Part shown: one piece after another, positions 51,785-60,000 of the stretch
Numbering within the stretch: the stretch's first letter is position 1
Layout: each line of letters opens with the position of its first letter
Assembly: GCA_038087875.1 (NCBI GenBank)
Contig: CM075989.1
Location: 10,542,001 to 10,602,000 of the forward strand
Reading direction: 5' to 3'
Length of the DNA: 60,000 bases
DNA from: Malacoraja senta
Lineage: Eukaryota
The notes under the pieces: model-generated
What the model saw: the letters and a program-made list of their open reading frames with translations, nothing else
Told to the model about the DNA's origin: nothing
The model's database searches: none
Translations under genes and position numbers: made by a program

Positions 51785-52170
51785 TCAGCTGTAGCTCAGT
51801 GGGCAGAGCTTCCACCTTGGAGTCGAATGGTTCTGGTTCAAGTTCCACTTTGATGACCTGAATACAACCGTATAAGGTAACCCTTCAGGTTGAGGGTGTC
51901 CTACACTGTCGAAGATTATGTTGCTTTCATCAAATATTAAATCAAAGCTCATCTCTACCAAGTGGATATAAAGGTTAAATTGTTATTGCTAAGAGGTGCA
52001 GGGGAGGATCTTGGGGCCAATACTGATCGCTCAGCCAACATTTCTCAAATAGATTAACTGGAATTTATCACCTTGATGTGCGTGAGAGCTGGCTATGCTT
52101 ACATTGATTGCTATGTTTCTTACCATAATGACTTAATTGACTATATAATAATTAAGGATATTACAAGGAG
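51785..52170 (+). mobile_element. Deu-domain SINE with tRNA-like head
   Basis: gtagctcagtggg A-box and ggttcaagttcc B-box, followed by a decayed Deu core. Confidence 0.65.
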
Positions 52171-52554
52171 CCAAACTCTTGACCCCTCCTATATTCTTTA
52201 AATATTATTTTTTCCAAACAAATACCTAGCTCTTTTTGCAGGAATTTAAGGACTCTGTTTCAACAATAACCTGTGTTAGCAAATTCCACTTTCTAATTAC
52301 ACTTTGTGTTAACAAGTAACTTCTAAGCTCACTTTAATGTTTTAAGATTATATTAAATTTGTACTCTCACATTACCACCCCATTGACCACAGGAAATAAT
52401 CCTTGGCTACTTTATGTCATCGTAATCATAAAGACTTAAGTAAGACCACCCCTTAACCTATTCAGTGTAAGCAAAATGAAATTTAATTCTCATGTTTGTC
52501 TTATGACTACAACTATTAGTAACTCATGAGCCTCTGCAACATATTTTCTTTGGG

Positions 52555-52852
52555 TTTAGTTTAGTTTAGTTTAGGATAACAGCGTAGAAGCAGGTCCCAC
52601 GGCCCACTGAGTCTGCTCCGACCAGCGATCACCCATGCACTAGCACTATCCCACACATTAGGGTTAAATTGGCACAAGCTAATTTACCTATAAACATGCA
52701 TGCTTTGGAGTGTGGGAGGAAACTGGAGCACCCGATGTAAACACACGCGATCAGAAGGCGAATGTACAATCTCCATACAGATAGCACCCGTAGTCAGGGT
52801 CGATCCCGGGTCTCTTGCGCTGTAAGGCAGCAACTCCACCACTGCGCCACTG
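52555..52852 (-). mobile_element. HE1-type V-SINE
   Basis: (tttag)n tail and family body. Confidence 0.85.
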
Positions 52853-53255
52853 ATTTCACAATTGTGAAAAGTATTATGGCAATACAAGTTGAATTCTTTT
52901 GTTCTTTGCTTTTGCATTCGCCGAGATATAAAAACAAGCTACCTTTTGTATATTGCTTATTTTTACTTGAGGCTGTACCCAAAATGTGCAGAGTTCTTCC
53001 CTGCCAACATTCTTCTGCAAGCTATTCCAACTTACAAAATGTATGACCTTCCCATATTAAGCATAATCTGCCCGCTCACCAACCCTGAGTATCTATGTGT
53101 CTTCAGAAACCTTTCTGATCTTCTGCTTTAACTTTGGTGTCATCAGCAAATTTGACTAAAGCTCCCTCAATTCTTCAATCCAAATATTTTTGGTGTATAA
53201 GTAGGTCCGCAATTGACGATCCGCAACCACCATTAATACCTTATTGCAGATCAAT

Positions 53256-53560
53256 GTTTTAGTTTTGTTTAGAGATACAGCATGGGAAACAGGCCCTTCG
53301 GCCCACCGAGCCCGCACCGACCAGCGATTCCCACACATTAACACTATCCTAACATACAGGGACAATTTACATTTTTACCAAGTCAATTAACCTGCAAACC
53401 TGTACGTCTTTGGAGTGTGGGAGGAAACCAAAGATCTCTGAGAAAACCCACGCGGTCACGGGGATAACATACAAACTCCATACAGAAAGCACCCGTAGTC
53501 GGGATCGAACCTGGGTCTCTGGCGCTGTAAGGCAGCAACTCTACCGCTGCACCACTGTGT
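53256..53560 (-). mobile_element. HE1-type V-SINE
   Basis: Close match to 47012-47320. Confidence 0.9.
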
Positions 53561-54119
53561 CGACCACAAATATCATCTCTACCCTTTTCTCCTACCCTTC
53601 AGATTTCCTCCCCAATCACATTATCACATTCTAGTGATTGTTATTTTGGATGGGAATATTTCTGGTGGAATCGTTAGTGTTGCTGCTTCAAACCTCCAGG
53701 ACCTGGATTTGATCCTGACTTTGGCGCTTGGTATATCTGATATTCACTCTGCTTGATTATCTATCAGGGGCTGTGGATTCCTCCCCTGTTCCAAAGCCGT
53801 GCTGTAGTTGAATTGGCCTCTGTGAGATATAACTGCAAATGGTGAAATAATTAGTGGTGATGAGAAGCCTGTAAGAGGGAGTAGGTTGTGGGGGTACAGG
53901 AAGTAAAGAGAATGAGAAGGGGTTCTGTTGGGAGCTGGCAGCGAACCCAATAAATGCCCACCTTCTGTATCTTAACAATTACGTAAAAGCCGCAGCTAAC
54001 TTTTTGTTCAAAAGTACTTGTTCAAAAACCCAGATATATCACAATGTTTCTTTTTACTAGTTTCTGTTATTTCTGCAAGGAATTCGAACAGGTTGAGCAA
54101 GCAAAGATTGCTTTTGAAA

Positions 54120-54266
54120 TAGACATCTTCAGATGCAGGAGGAACTCAGCAGGTCAGACCGCATCTCTGGAGAAAAGGAACAGGTGGCGTTTCGGGTCGG
54201 ACACCTTTATCAGAAGATTATACCTATCTTCGGTATAAGCCAGCATCTCCAGTTCCTTCCTACACA
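54120..54266. mobile_element. Decayed Penelope-derived fold-back insert
   Basis: gaactcagcaggtcag...gcgtttcgggtcgg...ccagcatctccagttccttcctacaca. Confidence 0.65.
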
Positions 54267-56029
54267 TTTTTATAGCTTTTGAAATTCAGTGCTCACTGAC
54301 TAAATTAATACTGCTTGAAAATCAGAAGCACCAATGTTCGCTGGAATAAGAAATGATTGAGAGGTCCTAAACGCCACCAAAATGTCTCTGATTCACTGTC
54401 CTATTTTTTTTTTCTTGCTCCGTCACTCTCCACTTTCAGGATTCATTGAAAACAGACTTCCTCAATTGTAATTCGTGATTAAAAGTGGCTGGGTGCCACA
54501 TTTTCTTTGATAATCCTCCTGTAAAACTCTTCGGATAGTTTTCTAGGCTAAGCGGACGACGTAAATGTGAGTTCTTGTTGTTACAATTGCATGAATATGT
54601 CAGCCCAGAATTGGAACTGTAGGTTCTGCTTACATCTCAATCAAGAATTGATTGGGCCAAATGAAGCTGTGAGACCCATTACGTACATATGGGTGGGGAC
54701 CATTCTCTATTCCAGTAAAAATAAGGTTGAATGTCGTTGGGTGGAATGTGAGCAATGTCAGAAAGCTCAGGGATAATTATAATCTGATTAATCTGTCTGA
54801 CACATCATCAAAATACTGCAGCAGATTTCTATGGGAATAAAGGATACACGCAAAGCATTCTTGTGAGAGATTTATTATGAGCCTGTTTTTACAGTTCTAC
54901 ACACTCCGATATATTTCCACTGGTTTTCCTTTGTGAAGACATCCATAATGATCCATAACAAGAAGAAGTCGGGAAACAAGGGGGATGATCGAAGGTAACA
55001 GGGATTACGGCCGTAGCAAATGTTGAAGGGTGTTGGGACTTATTTCCTTCAGGAATCTGAAGGCATTATCAGTGAAATTTCAAGTTTACAAAAGCACCTG
55101 ACAAAATCCACTGGGTAAAGTTTTTTCACTGCAAAGAGGAAATTAAATATCATTGAGTCTTGGCTAAAAATGCTAGGAGATTTAAACTAACTGTTATTAC
55201 CCAAAGTGTATTCGCCACATTGTACTCTGCCTTTGAGGTTCTTTACAAGATGTTGATGGGCAAATGGATAATTGCCATATCATTGACTCTCAGGAGCTAG
55301 AAGTTAGATTATCTCTTGGTGAAGAAATTTGGGTGTTGTGAGTGCAACTTTAGGAAGTATTGCTAATGATTGGAAAATTGTTAAGAACAACACTCATCAA
55401 ATCCATTGTCTTCTGCATTGAACACGGTGGCAAAAGGTGTTCAAGAAACAAGGAGAGGTTGCCTTGAAATTCTTTGGTGTAAAGTGTGTCGTATCGTAGC
55501 ATCAACACACTCTGCTCTGACTCTGATATTGACCTCAATGGAACGTACTTCAGAAGCAGACGTAACATGATGACGTTACCAAGGACAAATATTTAGGCAG
55601 CGTTTTCCCAAGATGTATTGTACCCATAGAAATTTTTACAATGTTAAAAATGATTTCAAAGATAGTATGGCAGTAAATTCAGGGCAAGGCGTTCTTAACC
55701 TGCTGTTCTAATAATTTGGAATCTATTACATGCACATAACTGTTTAAGAGCTCATCCAGAAGAATGTCCCTCTGTCAAAGCAATGATCCCTCAGCAATGC
55801 ATTATATTTATATTTTATGTTCAAAAATCTTGAAGTCACAACATTCTGACTCAAATACATAAGTATCCCAAACAGTCACACTGATGGTGAGGTATATATG
55901 AAGAAGTTAGACCAGTGTGTGGAAAACAATGGATTTGTTGGGTCTATTCTCCTGTCAACAGTCTGTGGTACCCAATTCTCCACAAATAGCATTGCACCAT
56001 AAAGGTGCCAACCAATTACCATCTCTACC

Positions 56030-56706
56030 CAGAGAGAGTCTATCCACTAGCTTTCGACATTCTCTGAAACTGCAATCGTCAAATTCCCATCAACATCCAC
56101 CAGTCACCAGAAACTCAAATGGTCCAGGTGTATAACAGCAGGTCAGAGGCTGGGTATCCAATTCGAATGACCACCTCCTGACATCTCAAAGCTTTTCCAT
56201 CTGCAGGGCACAAATCAGCAATGTGATGGAATACTCTCCACTGCAGCTCCAAGATCTCTCAAGAAGCTCAACACTATCCAGGACAACCCAGCTTGCTCGA
56301 TCAACACCCTATCCACCACCTTGAGCATTGATTCCTTCCACAGCCAGCACACAGTATCAGCAGTGTTTGCCACCCACAAAATGGACTGTGGTTACCTGCC
56401 CAGGCTATTCCAACTCGCAAACACTCAGCCTTGAACACCAAGCAGGCATGTGCAGCATGAGAATACCACCACCTGCAGGTTCCTCTCCAAGTCACACAAT
56501 CCCAAATTGGAGATAAATATCAGCGTTCCTTCATTGTTACTTGGAATCCAGGAACTCCCTCTCCAACACCACTGTGAGAGCACCTGTACTGGGTGGACTG
56601 CAGCAGTTTGAAAGCTGGTTCACCAGCACTTTCTCAAAGGCAATTATAGATCGGCAACAAACCCTGATCCTGCCACTGACACCCACATCTTGCAAATGAA
56701 TAAATG
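56030..56706 (+). mobile_element. CR1-like LINE (second family) 3' fragment
   Basis: gtgatggaatactctcca...aagaagctcaacactatccaggacaa...; tail ends aatgaataaa. Confidence 0.75.
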
Positions 56707-56745
56707 AAAATGGTCACAAGGGGACAACTTAAAACACAAAACGTT

Positions 56746-56943
56746 CAAGAAGAAACTGCAGATGCTGGAGAATCGAAGGTAGTCAAAATTGCTGGAGAAA
56801 CTCAGCGGGTGCGGCAGCATCTATGGAGCGAAGGAAATAAGCAACAGACCTGAAGAAGGGTTTCGGCCCGAAACGTTGCCTATTTCCTTCGCTCCATAGA
56901 TGCTGCCGCACCCGCTGAGTTTCTCCAGCAATTTTGTCTACCT
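56746..56943. mobile_element. Young Penelope-derived fold-back insert with intact hammerhead motif
   Basis: Inverted arms; TSD-like ttaaaacacRaaacgt at ~56729 and ~56944. Confidence 0.85.
56848..56880 (+). ncRNA. Minimal hammerhead ribozyme motif (UUCG-loop variant)
   Basis: CTGAAGA a gggt ttcg gccc GAAA cg TT. Confidence 0.6.
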
Positions 56944-57709
56944 TTAAAACACGAAACGTCAGACACAAAAACATTATACTTTAGAAGGGAAGACATTCAA
57001 CTGTCCCAACATTACAGAACCATGCCAGACCCAGTAAACATAACAGCAGCCATTTGGAGAGGATGAATAGCAGCACCGTAAATAGCTATGTGGAGATGCA
57101 ACTGTTTTGAAATTCATCCATTGCGTCTTGGACTCACTTCAACAATGTACTGCCAAATTCCTTCATATTTAATGCTTGGAATATTGAGTTTCAAGTTCTT
57201 GGTCCTTCTCCAAAATATGTTGGGCCCAAATTACTGGCAACTAAATGTGATTAACAATGGGTTTACTTGTCAGAGAAATTATAAACATAGAGAAGGATCT
57301 TTGAATAATTATCTTCAGAATATGACCTTATGGCTTGACATTTCCAAAAGATGCTGAATATTTGGCTGCATTTAGTGAGCTTAGAATGGAAGGTCCCAAG
57401 GGAATGGGTGGGGCTTGAGTTACATGCTGAGATATTATTACTCTGTATGTTTAATCGAATCCAGGCCAGAATGATGGGATACAAATTTCCTCTGTCCGTG
57501 AGTTGGACAGTCCCGCTGTAAAATGAATGGGTAGGTTCAGTCCAGTTCTTAGTAGGCATGGAGATATAATTTAACTCTAGATTTAAAACAGATAGGGCAC
57601 AAGTTGGCCAATTTATGCAATGGAAAAGTAAGTGTGAATCCAGGGGGAGGGGAATTGTCCAGGGCTGGGGCTGAGGCAAGTTGTGTGAGTCCATGTGACT
57701 AATTATTTG

Positions 57710-58130
57710 CAACCCAGCGGGTAGCTCTCTTGTCTGAGGCAGGAGCTGCACCTTCAAGTCCCACTCCAGAGATTAAACCATGAAAGGGATAGGAAGGTGC
57801 TCTGTTGCAACACTGAGGTGGGCCAACCGATGTGTGATGTCTTGTGGATGATTCAGTAAACCGAGACCCTGTATGATCACCCAAATGGACACAAAAGCTC
57901 CCCAGATAAAATTTTAAAGAAAGACAGGAAAGTTCCTTGTGGTGTCCTTGTCACTATTGAATGTTCACCCTGCACAATTAAAGCCAGTTATTTACTCATG
58001 GTCTTGCAGCTGTTTGTGAAAGCTTGCTATGCGCAAATTGGCTGCCAGCTTTACAGATTGAAACAGTGACAAAAGTACTTCATTGATAATAACATGTTTT
58101 GGGATGAAGTGATAGATGCTTATAAGTTCC
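57710..58130 (+). mobile_element. Deu-domain SINE
   Basis: ttcaagtcccactccagaga head; taaaccgagaccctgt; gcttgctatgcgcaaattggctgcc; caaaagtacttcattg. Confidence 0.75.
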
Positions 58131-58661
58131 CATATAACACAAACCAGGCTCTCTTTATTCTCCATTTAGTTGGGCTTGACCTGGCCTGGGGAGGTGTCTG
58201 GAACCATTCCATTTCCAGCATGACTCTCCGTCACTGTACAACAACTCACTAAATAAAGTTGGAATATTGAAATAAGGAAGAGACAACAAAACAGTTTGTT
58301 TATGGTAGGTCCAGAAATAGGATGGCAAAAGTGACCGAGTAATCTTCCTGCTCGCAGAAAAATGGTTACAGGAAAATGTAGGGTTCTAATGAAAGTTATA
58401 TTTAGACATAGAGTCATACAGCGGGGAAACAGGCCCTTTGGCCCAAATACTTCATGCCGACCAAGTGTCCATCTGAGCTTGTCACAATTGCTCTCTAGTC
58501 CCATATCTCTCTAAACCTTTCCTAACCATGTATCTGTCTAAAGTCTTACGATACTCATCTTCATTGATGTTCAGTTACCAAATGCGACTCCACTATTTAA
58601 GGAAGAGGGAGAAATAAAATAGAAAACTACCAACTTATAGCAGGGAAAAAGGTGCAGCCAG

Positions 58662-58847
58662 GCACAAGAAGCTGGAGTAACTCAGTGGGTCAGGCAGCTT
58701 CTCTGGAGAAAAAGTATAGGTGATGTTTCAGGTCAAGACACTTCTTCAGTCTGAAGCAGGGTCTGGACGTGAATGCCTTCAGACACCTATTCCTTTTCAC
58801 CAGAGATGCTGCCTGACCCGCTGAGATACACCAGCTATTTGTGTCTA
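58662..58847. mobile_element. Penelope-derived fold-back insert (decayed)
   Basis: agctggagtaactcagtgggtcaggcagc / gctgcctgacccgctgag arms with head-to-head cttcag-tctgaag centre. Confidence 0.75.
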
Positions 58848-58879
58848 GGGATATATATGGTAGGGAAATTTATAATGAA

Positions 58880-59150
58880 GGATGTATTACCAGAACGCCT
58901 TGGAAGGAATTGTAGAATCTAGCAAATTCTACAGGGATTTATAAAAGGAAAATCATGTTTGGCCAATTTACTGGAGTTCTTTTGGGATATGACTAGCGAC
59001 AGATAAGACGGAACAAGTGGATGTAGTTTATTTGGATTTTCAGAATGCTTTCGGTGAACTCACACACAGAAGATTGGGTTGACAAGGCTTATAGAACACA
59101 AAATAAGGATAATATACTGGGATGGATTAAGAATCGGTTAACAGATGAAA
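58880..59150 (+). mobile_element. CR1 RT fragment (resumes at ~59800)
   Basis: GFIKGKSCLANLLEFF...VDVVYLDFQNAF; after the insert AVTRGIPHGSVLG. Confidence 0.85.
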
Positions 59151-59169
59151 AACAATATGTGGGAACATG

Positions 59170-59798
59170 AAGAGGGACAGGCAGCATCTCTGGAGAGAAG
59201 GAATGGGTGATGTTTCGGGTCGAGACTCTTCAGACTGGTTAGGGATAAGGGAAATGAGAGATATAGACGGTGATGTGGAGAGATAAAGAACAATGAATGA
59301 AAGATATGCAAAAAAAGTAACGATGATAAAGGAAACAGGTCATTGGGTGAAAATGAGAAGCTGGTGCGACTTGGGTGGGGGAGGGATAGAGAGAGAGGGA
59401 ATCCTGAAGTGAGAGAAATCAATATTCATTTTCTTGCCGATCTCAGCATCTCATTTTCGCCCTACAAACAGCTTACAATGGCTTGTTTCCTTTCTCATCG
59501 TTACTTTTTTGCATATCTTACATTCATTGCTCTTTATCTCTCATCACCGTCTATATTTCTCGTTTCCCTTATCCCTAACCAACCTGAAGGACCATGATCA
59601 GCCATGATCACATTGAATGGCGGTGCTGACTCGAAGGGCCGAATGGCCTACTCTTGCACCTATTGTCTATTGTCTATTGTCTCGACCTGAAACGTCACCC
59701 ATTCCTTCTCTCCAGAGATGCTGCCTGCTCCGCTGAGTTACTCCAGCTTTTTGTGTCTATCTTCCGTTTAAACCAGCATCCGCAGTTCCTTCCTGCAC
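59170..59798. mobile_element. Penelope-like 3' region as a large inverted repeat, with a nested CR1 tail
   Basis: Minus arm 59170-59430 includes ORF end MNIDFSHFR; plus arm 59435-59798; CR1 tail at ~59591-59678. Confidence 0.75.
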
Positions 59799-60000
59799 AA
59801 GATTGTTTTCACGTTGTCTGGCTGTGACTCGTGGAATACCACATGGATCAGTGCTTGGATTCCAATGATTCATGATTCATATCAATGATTTGAAGCTACC
59901 AAAGATCATGTTTCCAAGATTGCAGTTGATGTCAAATCAGGTAGGATTGAGAATAGGGAGGAGCTTACAAAATGGATATGTGGATGGTGCAAGATGGTGG

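Noticed and set aside
51785..51860. tRNA gene
   Set aside because: A and B boxes present but no proper cloverleaf or acceptor stem; continues into a SINE body

Overview
Eukaryotic, repeat-rich non-coding DNA, most likely from a cartilaginous fish (skate/ray-like). This is inferred from HE1-type V-SINEs, Deu-domain SINEs and CR1 tails. I found no confidently assignable host protein-coding exon, rRNA, true tRNA or CRISPR array, so the window looks like a large intron or intergenic region. The ORF track is explained by repeats and chance. Transposon content: many CR1 LINE fragments; three SINE families; Rex1-like, Tx1 and L2 remnants; two PIF/Harbinger MITEs with TWA TSDs; an 8-bp-TSD hAT-type element nested in a GC-rich non-coding retroelement; and a non-autonomous Helitron carrying ~19 copies of a 47-bp repeat. 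The most notable signal is a family of ~15 short Penelope-derived inserts. They carry a minimal hammerhead-ribozyme motif (CTGAAGA-a-stem II-GAAA-CG-TC/TT), are often fold-back palindromes, and several have 13-18 bp target-site duplications. Family names come from recalled consensus features, not database searches, and boundaries of decayed repeats are approximate.
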